A stretch of DNA of 64,000 nucleotides from Vicinamibacteria bacterium (lineage in GTDB: Bacteria > Acidobacteriota > Vicinamibacteria > Marinacidobacterales > Marinacidobacteraceae): contig OY821641.1 of the NCBI GenBank assembly GCA_963555995.3, positions 1,024,001 through 1,088,000 on the forward strand, given 5' to 3'. The first letter of the stretch is position 1. Each line of letters starts with the position of its first letter. Shown piece after piece: positions 30,730-40,109 of this stretch. The notes beneath the pieces are model-generated. The model did no database searches. It worked only from the letters and a program-made list of their open reading frames with translations, and was not told where the DNA came from. A program made the translations under genes and the position numbers.

Positions 30730-31877
30730 TCACCCGCTTCCGGCAGATCGAGATGCGGCTCATGGGGCCGCTCACGATGATCCCCATCGTGCTCTGCCTG
30801 GTGGTGCTCGGGACGATCGCGGCGCTCCCGGTGGTCGCGACCATCCTCTCCGAACTGGTCGCGGACTTCGTACCGCCCGCGCTCCAGCACCTGACCATCG
30901 TGGTGCTCGGCACCGCGGGATTCGTGGGCATCCTGGCGCTCAATCCGATCTACTCGATCTGGCTCGAGCGCAAGGTCGCGGCCCACGTCCAGGACCGGCT
31001 CGGCCCGATGCGGGTCGGGTGGCACGGGCTGCTCCAGAGCTTCGCCGACGGCGTGAAGCTCCTCTTCAAGGAGGACCTCGTCCCCCGCGACGCCGACCGG
31101 GTGCTGTTCGGCGCGGCGCCCATGCTCGCGATCGCGAGCGCGTTCGCGGCCTTCGCGATCGTTCCCTGGGGCGTCCGCGAGGACGGCACGGTGCTCGCGG
31201 TTTCGAACCTGAACATCGGCGTCCTCTACTTCATCGCGATCACCTCGCTCGGCGCCCTCGCGGTGCTGATGGCGGGCTGGGGCTCGAACAACAAGTACGC
31301 GCTCTACGGCGGTATGCGGGCGGCGGCCCAGATGGTCAGCTACGAGATCCCGACCGCGATCCTGGTGCTGGTGGTGGTCGCCCAGGTCGGGAGCCTCCAC
31401 ATTCCGGACATCGTGGCCGCCCAGGCGGGCGGGATCCTCGGGGTCGGCGACTGGCTGATCTTCCAGCTCTTCCCGCTCAACCTGATCGCCTTCGTGCTGT
31501 TCTTCATCTGCGGGCTCGCCGAGACGAACCGCACCCCGTTCGACATCCCCGAAGCCGAATCGGAGCTCGTGGCCGGGTTCCACACCGAGTACAGCGGGAT
31601 GCGGTTCGCGTTCTTCTTCCTCGCCGAATACGGGAACATGCTGCTGGTCTCGATGCTGGCGGCGTTGCTCTTCCTGGGCGGCTGGGTCGGCCCTTTCGGG
31701 TCGAACCCGCTCCTCCTCTTCGTCAAGGGATTCGGCCTGGTGGTGGTCCAGATGTGGCTCCGCTGGACGCTGCCCCGGCTGCGGGTGGACCAGTTGATGG
31801 GAATCTGCTGGAAGTACGTCATCCCGATCTCGTTCTTCCTCCTGGTGGTGACCACCGTCATCAAGGGACTCTTGTGA
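30726..31877 (+). CDS. nuoH: NADH-quinone oxidoreductase subunit H
   Basis: ERKVAAHVQDRLGP, ADGVKLLFKED, AETNRTPFDIPEAESEL, PRLRVDQL. Confidence 0.96.
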   Translation: MITRFRQIEMRLMGPLTMIPIVLCLVVLGTIAALPVVATILSELVADFVPPALQHLTIVVLGTAGFVGILALNPIYSIWLERKVAAHVQDRLGPMRVGWHGLLQSFADGVKLLFKEDLVPRDADRVLFGAAPMLAIASAFAAFAIVPWGVREDGTVLAVSNLNIGVLYFIAITSLGALAVLMAGWGSNNKYALYGGMRAAAQMVSYEIPTAILVLVVVAQVGSLHIPDIVAAQAGGILGVGDWLIFQLFPLNLIAFVLFFICGLAETNRTPFDIPEAESELVAGFHTEYSGMRFAFFFLAEYGNMLLVSMLAALLFLGGWVGPFGSNPLLLFVKGFGLVVVQMWLRWTLPRLRVDQLMGICWKYVIPISFFLLVVTTVIKGLL

Positions 31878-31884
31878 GGGGGAC

Positions 31885-32412
31885 ATGAAACGCTATTTCG
31901 TTGATCTGTGGGAATCGGTCAGCACCGTCCTCATCGGGATGGGGGTGACCTTCCGCCACCTCTTCACCCGCTCGGTGACGCAGCAGTACACCGCCGACGA
32001 ACTCCCCGAGGAGCGCTGGCGCTCCCCGCTGGACATCCCCAAGGAGTCCCTGATGGAGCGCTCGCGGATGAAGCTCCACGTGAAGATCGAGGACTGCATC
32101 GGCTGCAAGCAGTGCGAGCGCGCCTGCCCGGTGGACTGCATCCACATCGAGAACGAGAAGCGGGCCCGGGACGCACCGCCGATCTTCGCGGCCGACGGGA
32201 CCGCCATCAAGCAGACGGTGGTCCAGTTCGACATCGACATGTCGCTCTGCTGCTACTGCCAGCTCTGCGTCTTCCCGTGCCCGACCGACTGCATCCTGAT
32301 GACGCCCAACTACGAGTTCGGCGGGAAGACGAAGGGCGACCTCCTCTACCGCTACGCCAAGGAGCCGCGGACGCCCCCCGAGCCGCCGCCGGCCGAGGCC
32401 GCCGGAGCCTGA
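31885..32412 (+). CDS. nuoI: NADH-quinone oxidoreductase subunit I
   Basis: CIGCKQCERACP and CCYCQLCVFPCP (2x[4Fe-4S]). Confidence 0.93.
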   Translation: MKRYFVDLWESVSTVLIGMGVTFRHLFTRSVTQQYTADELPEERWRSPLDIPKESLMERSRMKLHVKIEDCIGCKQCERACPVDCIHIENEKRARDAPPIFAADGTAIKQTVVQFDIDMSLCCYCQLCVFPCPTDCILMTPNYEFGGKTKGDLLYRYAKEPRTPPEPPPAEAAGA

Positions 32413-32422
32413 CGGACGCACG

Positions 32423-32935
32423 ATGGAATCCATGGCGTCGGCGGCGATCTTCTACGGGGTCGCCGCCCTGGTACTCGGGTCGGCGCTCTACGTGGTGGTC
32501 GGCAAGAACCTCGTCCACTCGGCGTTCGCGCTGGTGGCGGCGTTCTTCGGGGTGGCGGTCTTCTACGTCTATCTCGGCGCCGACTTCCTCGCCGGCGCCC
32601 AGGTGCTGATCTACGTGGGAGGCATCCTGACGCTGCTGCTCTTCGGCGTGATGCTCACCAACCGGATCTACAACCTGAACCTGCGCTCGGGGGCGATCCA
32701 GGTCGTTCCGGGAGCGCTGTCCGCGGGTCTGGTCTTCGCGCTGCTCGTCTGGATCATCCAGTCGGTGGACTGGGGGGCCATGGACGCGGGTGACCCCGGA
32801 CCGACCAGCGAGTCCATCGGACGGCTGCTGGTGGGCGACTACCTGCTGCCGTTCGAGATCGCCTCGGTCCTGCTGCTGATCGCGCTGATGGGCGCGGCCA
32901 TGCTGGTCCGGCGAAGGGGAAGGAGCGGCCCGTGA
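32423..32935 (+). CDS. nuoJ: NADH-quinone oxidoreductase subunit J
   Basis: QVLIYVGGI, YLLPFEIASVLLL. Confidence 0.93.
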   Translation: MESMASAAIFYGVAALVLGSALYVVVGKNLVHSAFALVAAFFGVAVFYVYLGADFLAGAQVLIYVGGILTLLLFGVMLTNRIYNLNLRSGAIQVVPGALSAGLVFALLVWIIQSVDWGAMDAGDPGPTSESIGRLLVGDYLLPFEIASVLLLIALMGAAMLVRRRGRSGP

Positions 32936-32946
32936 ACGGGGTCAGG

Positions 32947-33074
32947 CGGCGTTCGGCCAGCGATGCATCCCGGCTGGACCGCTTCGCTCTTCGTTCCGAT
33001 TCGGTCGGAATACGCCGGGTATTCCTCCCAAATCGCGCCTTGCCAGCCGGGCGCCTCACCGGCCTCGGCGCTCA
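32947..33074 (-). mobile_element. Degenerate, TIR-less copy of the 35225-35407 MITE between nuoJ and nuoK
   Basis: CGGTCGGAATACGCCGGGTATTCCTCCC...GCGCCTCACCGGCCTCGGCGCTCA matches the reverse complement of the MITE body; spanned by mini-ORF 32932..33099. Confidence 0.75.
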
Positions 33075-33099
33075 CCTGACCCCGTCCACGGACCGCTAG

Positions 33100-33405
33100 A
33101 TGATCCCCCTCGAGCACTACCTCTACATCTCGGCGGCGCTCTTCTCGCTGGGCGTCTTCGGGGTGCTCACCCGGCGGAACGCGGTGAACGTGCTGATGTC
33201 CATCGAGTTGATCTTCAACTCGGCGAACATCAACCTCGTCGCCTTCTCCCGGTTCGTGGAAGGCGCGCTCGGCGGCCAGGTGTTCGCGCTCCTCGTCATC
33301 GTGATCGCCGCCTGCGAGGCGGCGGTGGCGCTCGCCATCGTGATGTCGCTCTACCGCGTCGTGAAACACGTGAACCTCGACGACGCCGCGGAGCTCAAGG
33401 GATAG
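33100..33405 (+). CDS. nuoK: NADH-quinone oxidoreductase subunit K
   Basis: RRNAV..LMSIELIFN, AACEAAVALA, ends LKG. Confidence 0.95.
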   Translation: MIPLEHYLYISAALFSLGVFGVLTRRNAVNVLMSIELIFNSANINLVAFSRFVEGALGGQVFALLVIVIAACEAAVALAIVMSLYRVVKHVNLDDAAELKG

Positions 33406-33408
33406 GCC

Positions 33409-34902
33409 ATGTCCGACGCGGTACAAAGCCTCTCCCGGTTCCTTCCCGAGCTGATCCTGATGGGGGCGCTCGCCGTCGTGATCGTCGCGGACCTGCTCAC
33501 CCAGCGGCGTCCGCTCCGGAACAGCACCGATCTCCTGAACGGGATCACGCTGGTGGGACTGTTCGGCGCTCTCGTGACCTCCTGGCAGGCGCTCGGGGCG
33601 GTCGAGGCCCAGTCGCTCTTCGCCTCGATGCTGGCGGACGACGGCCTGCTCGGGGTGTTCCGGCCGATCTTCTGCCTCACCTCCATCGTGGTGCTGCTCC
33701 TGGGCATGCGCTCGAAGGAGCTGGAGGGAGTCCGGCTGGGCGAGATGCTCGCGCTGCTGCTCACCGTCACCGCGGCGCTCATGTGGATGGCCGGCTCGGT
33801 CAACCTGGTGATGATCTATCTCTCGCTCGAGACGGTCTCGGTGGCCTCCTACCTCATGGTGGGCTACCTGAGTTCAGACCGGCTCTCGAACGAGGCGTCG
33901 CTCAAGTACATCCTCTTCGGGGCGGTCTCGACGGGCGCCATGCTCTTCGGGCTCTCGCTCCTTTACGGGATGACCGGCACCCTCGATCTCTACGGGGTGC
34001 GCGCCGCGCTCGCCGACGGCGCCTTTGGTCCGGGGCTGCTGTTCGTGCTGATCCTGATCGCCGCCGGGATCGGCTTCAAGATCGCCGCCGCGCCGTTCCA
34101 CTTCTGGTGCCCCGACGTGTACACCGGAGCCCCCACGCCGGTCACCGCGTTCCTGTCCGTCGGCCCGAAGGCCGCCGGGTTCGCGGTCCTGATCCGCTTC
34201 TTCTACCTGGGGCTGGCGGAACCGGCCGGCGGAGGAGCCATCGCTCCGGTGGGCGGCGCCGACTGGCAGATGCTCCTGATGATGCTGGCGGTCATCACCA
34301 TGACCCTCGGGAACGTGGCGGCGCTCCTCCAGACGAACGTGAAGCGGCTGCTCGCCTACTCGTCCATCGCCCACGCCGGCACCATGCTGATGGCGGCGTG
34401 CGTGCTCTCGGTCGAGGGCGTGCAGGCGATCGCCGCCTACCTGGCGATCTACCTCTTCATGAACCTGGGAGCCTTCGCGGTGGTGATCCTGGCCCACCGG
34501 GTCACGGGGAGCTTCGAGATCGCCAGCTACGCCGGGTTCTGGAAACGGTCCCCGCTGCTCACCGTCGCCATGGGGATCTTCCTCTTCTCCCTGATGGGGA
34601 TCCCGCCCTTCGCGGGGTTCCTGGCGAAGTGGTACGTGTTCGCGGCGGTCATCAACGCCGGGCTCGGCTGGCTCGCCGTCATCGGCGTACTGAACGCCGC
34701 GGTGGCCGCGTTCTATTACGTCAAGGTCCTGCGCGTGATGGTGATCGACGAGGAGACCGGGCCCACGCCGGCGCTCGCGTTCAGCCGGCTGGACCTCGGG
34801 CTTCTCGTCGTTCTGGTAGTCCCCAACGTTCTTGGACTACTATTCTGGGGTTCGCTGGATCGGGTCACCGAGTACTCGCAGACGCTTCTTGACCTTGGCT
34901 GA
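33409..34902 (+). CDS. nuoN: NADH-quinone oxidoreductase subunit N
   Basis: EASLKY, GFKIAAAPFHFWCPDVYTGAPTP, KRLLAYSSIAHAG, GIPPFAGFLAK. Confidence 0.95.
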   Translation: MSDAVQSLSRFLPELILMGALAVVIVADLLTQRRPLRNSTDLLNGITLVGLFGALVTSWQALGAVEAQSLFASMLADDGLLGVFRPIFCLTSIVVLLLGMRSKELEGVRLGEMLALLLTVTAALMWMAGSVNLVMIYLSLETVSVASYLMVGYLSSDRLSNEASLKYILFGAVSTGAMLFGLSLLYGMTGTLDLYGVRAALADGAFGPGLLFVLILIAAGIGFKIAAAPFHFWCPDVYTGAPTPVTAFLSVGPKAAGFAVLIRFFYLGLAEPAGGGAIAPVGGADWQMLLMMLAVITMTLGNVAALLQTNVKRLLAYSSIAHAGTMLMAACVLSVEGVQAIAAYLAIYLFMNLGAFAVVILAHRVTGSFEIASYAGFWKRSPLLTVAMGIFLFSLMGIPPFAGFLAKWYVFAAVINAGLGWLAVIGVLNAAVAAFYYVKVLRVMVIDEETGPTPALAFSRLDLGLLVVLVVPNVLGLLFWGSLDRVTEYSQTLLDLG

Positions 34903-34947
34903 TCCCGGAACCAGCCGCTTGACTGTCTGAGGAGGCAGCTACCCACG

Positions 34948-35205
34948 ATGTCTTACTGGATCGCCGAACCCTGCATTGGGACCAAAGATACTGCGTGCGT
35001 GGACGTTTGTCCGGTCGATTGCATCCACCCCACGAGTGACGAGGACGGGTTCGAGGAAGCCACCCAGCTCTACATCGATCCCGACACCTGCATTGACTGC
35101 GGCGCCTGCGAGCCGGCCTGTCCGGTCACGGCCATCTTCCCGGACGAAGAGTTGCCCGACGAGTGGGCCGAGTACCGGGACATCAACACCAACTACTACG
35201 CCTGA
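34948..35205 (+). CDS. fdxA: 7Fe ([3Fe-4S]+[4Fe-4S]) ferredoxin
   Basis: CIGTKDTACVDVCPVDC (Cx7Cx3CP) and CIDCGACEPACP. Confidence 0.9.
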   Translation: MSYWIAEPCIGTKDTACVDVCPVDCIHPTSDEDGFEEATQLYIDPDTCIDCGACEPACPVTAIFPDEELPDEWAEYRDINTNYYA

Positions 35206-35224
35206 CCGGGGGAGCGCCGGCCTC

Positions 35225-35407
35225 AACAGCCTGTGGCGAAACCCCCGTGAGCGCCGAGAGCGGTGAGGCGCCCCGCTGACAAGGCGCGTGAGGGAGGAAT
35301 ACCGGGTGTATTCCGACCGAAACGCAACGCCGAGCGCCGCGCAGCGGCGCGGTTCAGCGGGGATGCATCGCCGCTCGAACGCCGCGGGGGTTTCGCCACA
35401 GGCTGTT
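35225..35407. mobile_element. MITE, 183 bp, with perfect 23-bp terminal inverted repeats
   Basis: AACAGCCTGTGGCGAAACCCCCG ... CGGGGGTTTCGCCACAGGCTGTT; the flanks are themselves an inverted repeat. Confidence 0.85.
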
Positions 35408-36760
35408 AAGGCCGGCGCCGCTCCGCGAAGCGGAGCGAAACCACGGGTAGCTGGCTCCCCGTCCGCTTCCCGAACAACGGTCCTCGTCGCGGTTCTCGCT
35501 GCCGCGGGTTGCGCGACCACCTCGGGACCCCGCGCGATGGCGCCCGATGCGGCGGCCGTTCACGCCGCCGGGCGCGCCCGCACCGCGTTCGAGAATCACC
35601 GGCCGCTGGTTGAGGATCCGGATCTCACCGCGCGGATCACCGACATCGGGCGCGAGGCCCTCGCCGGGACTCCGGTGCTCGCCGGACGCGAGGGAGAAGC
35701 GGCGCCCCTACGGGAAGGCTGGCGGTTTGCGGTCCTCGACGATCCGGAGCCGGAAGCCTTCCTGTTCGCCGACCGGACGGTCTTCGTTTCCCGGGGAGCG
35801 CTGGCCGCCCTGCCGGGCGAACTGGCGCTCGCCGCCCTGTTCCGGTCCGCCACGACCACGTTTGCGAGCGGGGCGTTCCGGCCGGAGACCGCGGGGGAGC
35901 TGGTCGAGCAACCCCTCTCCCTGGTGCTGCCGGCGGAACCCGACGCCGGCGCGCCCGCGGCCGGCGCCCCGAGCCGGGACCGCTGGGTCGCGCTGCTCGA
36001 TGGCCTGCACTTCGGGCAGCCCGCCGAGTACGGGGTCGCCGACGGGCAAGAACTCCTGTTGCCCCGGGCTGATTTCCGGCTCTTGCTGCCGGATGGGAGC
36101 GCGTTCGAACCCGTGGACCGCGGCGTCTTCCGCGCGATCCGGAATGGAGAATCGGGCGGGCTGACCGTGCGCGAAATCCCCTCGGCGGCCGAGTCCGCCC
36201 CCGTGGGCGGGAACGGGGTGCCGGCGCACCGGGCCGAACTCGCCGACCTGGGGGCGCGCCTCCGGGAGGCCGCGGCCCGCGAGGCCGCGGAGGTGACGTT
36301 CCCGGAGGCGTTCCGGGTCCGCGGCTTCACCGGAGTGCGCGGCCGTCTGCATCCGGCGCGGGAAGGGGACTCGGGGGAAGGCCCGGGAGCGGTTCCCGGC
36401 CTGTTGGCGCTCGTCCCGGCGCGGGAGTCCCTCGTCGAGGTGAGCCTCGATTGCGGGCGGCGGCGCTTCGATGCCTGCGAGGCCTGGTTCCTGGAGGTGC
36501 TCGGGAGTGCTGACCGGCTGTGGGACACCCCGGCGCCGGGGCCGCTGCGGATCACCGCCGTGGCGGCCGGCGAGAGCGGCTCGGTCCGGGAGGCGCTCGG
36601 CCGCCTGGCTGCCGCGGGAAGACTGGACGCCGGGCTCGCCGAGGTCGAGTTCCTCAACCGGGGCTGGCTCGAGGAACCGCTCGGCCCGGGAGAGCGCGTC
36701 CTGACCCTGTCGCGCGACCCGGCGCGAACGGCGACCGGCGCCGGGGAGAGGCAGCGGTGA
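35288..36760 (+). CDS. Degenerate M48-peptidase-like lipoprotein lacking HExxH (start uncertain, lies in the MITE)
   Basis: Lipobox AAAGC; WRFAVLDDPEPEAF...VFVSRGALA...LALAAL resembles M48; LDGLHFG. Confidence 0.6.
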   Translation: MREEYRVYSDRNATPSAAQRRGSAGMHRRSNAAGVSPQAVKAGAAPRSGAKPRVAGSPSASRTTVLVAVLAAAGCATTSGPRAMAPDAAAVHAAGRARTAFENHRPLVEDPDLTARITDIGREALAGTPVLAGREGEAAPLREGWRFAVLDDPEPEAFLFADRTVFVSRGALAALPGELALAALFRSATTTFASGAFRPETAGELVEQPLSLVLPAEPDAGAPAAGAPSRDRWVALLDGLHFGQPAEYGVADGQELLLPRADFRLLLPDGSAFEPVDRGVFRAIRNGESGGLTVREIPSAAESAPVGGNGVPAHRAELADLGARLREAAAREAAEVTFPEAFRVRGFTGVRGRLHPAREGDSGEGPGAVPGLLALVPARESLVEVSLDCGRRRFDACEAWFLEVLGSADRLWDTPAPGPLRITAVAAGESGSVREALGRLAAAGRLDAGLAEVEFLNRGWLEEPLGPGERVLTLSRDPARTATGAGERQR

Positions 36761-37887
36761 CCGGCGGGCCGCGGCGGGGGATCCGCCAGCTCTGGCTGCC
36801 CTTCCCGATCCGGATCCACTACTCGTGGGTGCTGACCGTGAGCGTCGTATCGGCGCTCTTCGCGGTCCTCTACTTCCGGGGGCTCCCGGGCGTCTCGGCG
36901 GCCGGGGCCGCCGCGCTCGGAGTGGTGACCAGCGTGCTGCTCCTCGCGTCCGTCCTGGTCCACGAGCTGGCGCACGCGGCCGCCGCCGCCCGCTCGGGGC
37001 TCAAGGTCTCCGGGATCACCCTCCGGGTGTTCGGCGGGGCCACCGAACTGGAGGGCCATCCGCGCGGCGCGGCGACCGAACTGCGGATCGCGCTCGCGGG
37101 TCCGTTCGCGACGCTGGTCCTGTTCGTGTTGTTCCTTGCGGCCGGTCCGTTGCTCACGGCGGCGCCGGACCCGGTCGTGGCGGTGACCAACAACCTCGCC
37201 CTCATCAACGGCCTGCTGCTCGCGTTCAACCTGATTCCCGCGGTGCCGCTGGACGGGGGCCGGATTCTGCGGGCCGTGCTCTGGGCGGTCTGGGATCGGC
37301 CGCTGGCCGCCACCCGGGCCGTTGCCGCGACCGGCGGCGCGTTCGGACTCCTGATGGTCGCCTTCGGCATCCTGGCGCTCTTCGGCGGCAGCGGCGCGGC
37401 GGCCGGTGCGGTCCGCCTCGTGCTCGGCGCCTGGTTCGTCCTGATCGGACTCAATCTGCGGCGGACCGCCCGCGAGGTGACCCGCCAGGTCTGGCTGGCG
37501 CAGGCGCTCGAAGGGGTCACCGCTGCCCATCTGCTCGACTACCGGATCCTCTCGGTCCCGAGGAACGCCTCCGCGATGGAACTGCTGGCGCTCGAAACGC
37601 CGCATTCCGAGATCCCGGTCCTCGACGAGGCGGACCTCGTGGGCGCGGTCCGCCTCGAGGACCTGCGTCGGAGGTCGTCCGACGAGCTCGAGCGGCTCAC
37701 CGCCGGGGACCTCATGCGGACCGACATCCTGGCCGCCACCTTGGCGCCCGGGGACGCCGCCATCCGGGCGGTGAATCTCCTGGCGGGAGGCCGGCGGTCG
37801 CTGGCCGTTCTCGACGCCGGCCGGTTCGTCGGCGTCGTCACCATGGAGACGTTGCGGAGCCGACTGTCGCTGCGCAGCGATGCCTGA
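36757..37887 (+). CDS. Site-2 protease (M50) with CBS domains
   Basis: HELAH, NLIPAVPLDGGR, C-terminal CBS pair; GTGA overlap. Confidence 0.9.
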   Translation: MTGGPRRGIRQLWLPFPIRIHYSWVLTVSVVSALFAVLYFRGLPGVSAAGAAALGVVTSVLLLASVLVHELAHAAAAARSGLKVSGITLRVFGGATELEGHPRGAATELRIALAGPFATLVLFVLFLAAGPLLTAAPDPVVAVTNNLALINGLLLAFNLIPAVPLDGGRILRAVLWAVWDRPLAATRAVAATGGAFGLLMVAFGILALFGGSGAAAGAVRLVLGAWFVLIGLNLRRTAREVTRQVWLAQALEGVTAAHLLDYRILSVPRNASAMELLALETPHSEIPVLDEADLVGAVRLEDLRRRSSDELERLTAGDLMRTDILAATLAPGDAAIRAVNLLAGGRRSLAVLDAGRFVGVVTMETLRSRLSLRSDA

Positions 37888-37908
37888 CTTCCTGCAAGAA
37901 AGGAAACC

Positions 37909-38577
37909 ATGACTTCCCAGATCGCGAGGACGCCCCGCAGCCGGGTCCGGCGGCTGCCGCAACGGGGCTCGTACGACCGGGCGGTGATCAACCAGATCCT
38001 CGACGAGGGGATCGTGGCCCACGTCGGGTTCGTACACGAGGGCTCACCCTTCGTCATCCCTATGGGCTACGCGCGCGACGGGGATCGCCTGCTGCTGCAC
38101 GGATCGTCCGCGAGCCGGCTCATGCGTCTCCTGGCCGCGGGAACGGAGGCCGCCGTCACGGTGACCCTGCTGGACGCGCTCGTCCTCGCGCGGTCCTACT
38201 TCCACCACTCGATGAACTACCGCTCGGTGGTGGTGCTCGGACGCACCACGGCGGTAGCGGAGGCAAACCAAAAGCGGCAGGCGCTCGACGTGTTGCTGAG
38301 CCGGCTGGTACCCGGACGCCACGGGGATGCCCGCCCGACGAACGATCTCGAACTCAAGGCGACCTTGGTGGCACAGGTCCCGATCGAGGAGGCCACCGCC
38401 AAACTCCGGACCGGCCCTCCCGCCGATGACGACGAGGACCTCGCGCTTCCCTGTTGGGCCGGCCTGGTCCCCGTGAACACGACGTTCGGGCCGCCGCAGC
38501 CGGCGCCGGACCTCCGGGAGGGCATCGAGCCACCCGCCTACGCCACGAACTACCGACGCCGGTCCGGCCTCCCCTGA
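37909..38577 (+). CDS. Pyridoxamine 5'-phosphate oxidase-like flavin-binding protein
   Basis: RGSYD, LHGSSASR, SMNYRSVV. Confidence 0.88.
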   Translation: MTSQIARTPRSRVRRLPQRGSYDRAVINQILDEGIVAHVGFVHEGSPFVIPMGYARDGDRLLLHGSSASRLMRLLAAGTEAAVTVTLLDALVLARSYFHHSMNYRSVVVLGRTTAVAEANQKRQALDVLLSRLVPGRHGDARPTNDLELKATLVAQVPIEEATAKLRTGPPADDDEDLALPCWAGLVPVNTTFGPPQPAPDLREGIEPPAYATNYRRRSGLP

Positions 38578-38599
38578 ACGCCGCCCCGGCGGCGTCGCC

Positions 38600-38778
38600 G
38601 GCCTGGAACGCCAGCCAGTTCTCCCGGTGGGGGCCTCCAGACCGGCACGCGCGGCGCTCCAGCCGGGTGACGCTTCCGGCTTGGAACGCCGGTCTCCAGA
38701 CCGGCACGCGCGGCGCTCCGCGCCGCGCACGTCGCAGCGTGAACCGCCCAGGTAGCACCTCCGGCTTGGAACGCCTCC
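38600..38778. repeat. Cluster of complete and partial REP-like units
   Basis: Full GGAACGCCGGTCTCCAGACCGGC at 38683; partial copies near 38605, 38635 and 38761. Confidence 0.75.
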
Positions 38779-38802
38779 CGGACGGGTAGACTCCCGGCCT
38801 CC

Positions 38803-40089
38803 ATGTCCCGGCGTCCGGTTACCGATTCCTTTCGTCTCGGGCTGGCTCTTCTGGCCGCCGGGTTCGGCGCAGCCGTTTCCGGGGTACTGCTGCTTCGCCA
38901 CCACGGGCTCGACGCCGGCGCGCTGGCGGCGGCCGCCTGCGACCCCGCGAACTCCGGTTGCGAGGAGGTCGCCGCCAGCGCTTGGTCCACGCTGGCCGGG
39001 GTTCCCCTGGCCGCGATCGGACTCGCGTTCTTCGTATCGCTCGGATTCCTCCTGGCGCTGGCCCTGCTCGGCGGAGCGCCGCTGTCGAGCCGGCCGGGCC
39101 GGCTGGCGTTCGGTCTCGTCGCCCTGGCGCTCGTGGTGGACCTGTTTCTGCTGGGCGTGCAGGCGTTCGCCATCGGCAGCTTCTGCTCGCTCTGCATCTG
39201 GACGTACGGCGCGAACGGCGCGGCACTGGTGTTCCTGTTGCCGGCGCGGAGGGTGGTTTCCATGAGGCACGGTCCTGACTTCGCGGTCGAACGGCTCGCG
39301 GTGCGGGCGTTCTGGCTCGCCGCCGGCTTGGTGGCGGCGGCGGTGCTGGTGATCAACAGCGGCCTCGGCGACCGCGCCGGGGACTCGGTGGATCTGTCCA
39401 TTCTGGGTGTTCGTTCCGCGGCGTCGGACGGCCTGCCCGCCGATCTGCCGCTCCGGGGCGCCGGGTTCCTGCCGCAGTGGCGGAACCCCACGTTCCGGCA
39501 ACAGCGCGAGCAGGAGGTTTTGCTCGAGGGGCTGCCGGTGAAGGGCGATCCCCAGGCGCCGGTGAAGATCGTCACCTTCTCGGACTTCCTCTGCCCGTCC
39601 TGCCGCCGCTTCGCGCTGGCCTTCGACCAGTACGTGGAGGGCCCCACCGGCCCCCACATCGCGCTCCACTACCGGAGCTATCCGCTCGATTCGACCTGCG
39701 CCGCCCACCTCCCCCGCGTGATGCATCCGGGCGCCTGCGAGATGGCGCGCGGCGGCGTCTGCGCGCATCTCCTGGGCAGCTTCTGGGAGTACCACGACGC
39801 CGTTTACATCGCGCCCCCCAATGCGCCTGACGTCGACGATGTGGTCCGCATCGCGGTGGACGCCGGACTCGACGAAGCGGCCTTCCGGGCCTGCCTGGCC
39901 GAGCCCCGGGCCGAAGCGGCGCTCCAGTCCGACATCGAGGAGGCCGTACGGCTGGGCGTCACCGGCACCCCGACGATCTTCATCAACGGGCGGCGGGTGC
40001 CGACGCTCGACGAATTCGCCGACGCGGTCCTCTGGGAGCTCGAGAAGGCCGGAATCAGCGTCTCGGGCCCCGATTCCGAGCACGAATAG
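38803..40089 (+). CDS. VKOR-DsbA fusion (vitamin K epoxide reductase plus thioredoxin-like domain)
   Basis: C...C loop and FCSLC in the TM domain; FSDFLCPSC and GTPT in the DsbA domain. Confidence 0.9.
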   Translation: MSRRPVTDSFRLGLALLAAGFGAAVSGVLLLRHHGLDAGALAAAACDPANSGCEEVAASAWSTLAGVPLAAIGLAFFVSLGFLLALALLGGAPLSSRPGRLAFGLVALALVVDLFLLGVQAFAIGSFCSLCIWTYGANGAALVFLLPARRVVSMRHGPDFAVERLAVRAFWLAAGLVAAAVLVINSGLGDRAGDSVDLSILGVRSAASDGLPADLPLRGAGFLPQWRNPTFRQQREQEVLLEGLPVKGDPQAPVKIVTFSDFLCPSCRRFALAFDQYVEGPTGPHIALHYRSYPLDSTCAAHLPRVMHPGACEMARGGVCAHLLGSFWEYHDAVYIAPPNAPDVDDVVRIAVDAGLDEAAFRACLAEPRAEAALQSDIEEAVRLGVTGTPTIFINGRRVPTLDEFADAVLWELEKAGISVSGPDSEHE

Positions 40090-40109
40090 AAGCGGAGGCA
40101 ACCCCTCAC

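Noticed and set aside
29398-33409. Amber (TAG) recoding or pyrrolysine suggested by in-frame TAG-ATG and TAG-GCC-ATG junctions
   Set aside because: Many genes end at TAG exactly at their conserved C-termini (NuoK LKG, DUF547, DUF2891), and no pyl genes are seen; TAG behaves as a stop.
27794-34902. Group 4 [NiFe]-hydrogenase (Ech/Hyf/Mbh)
   Set aside because: The NuoD homolog lacks both CxxC Ni-binding motifs and ends GEIDR; NuoB has the complex I CC motif.
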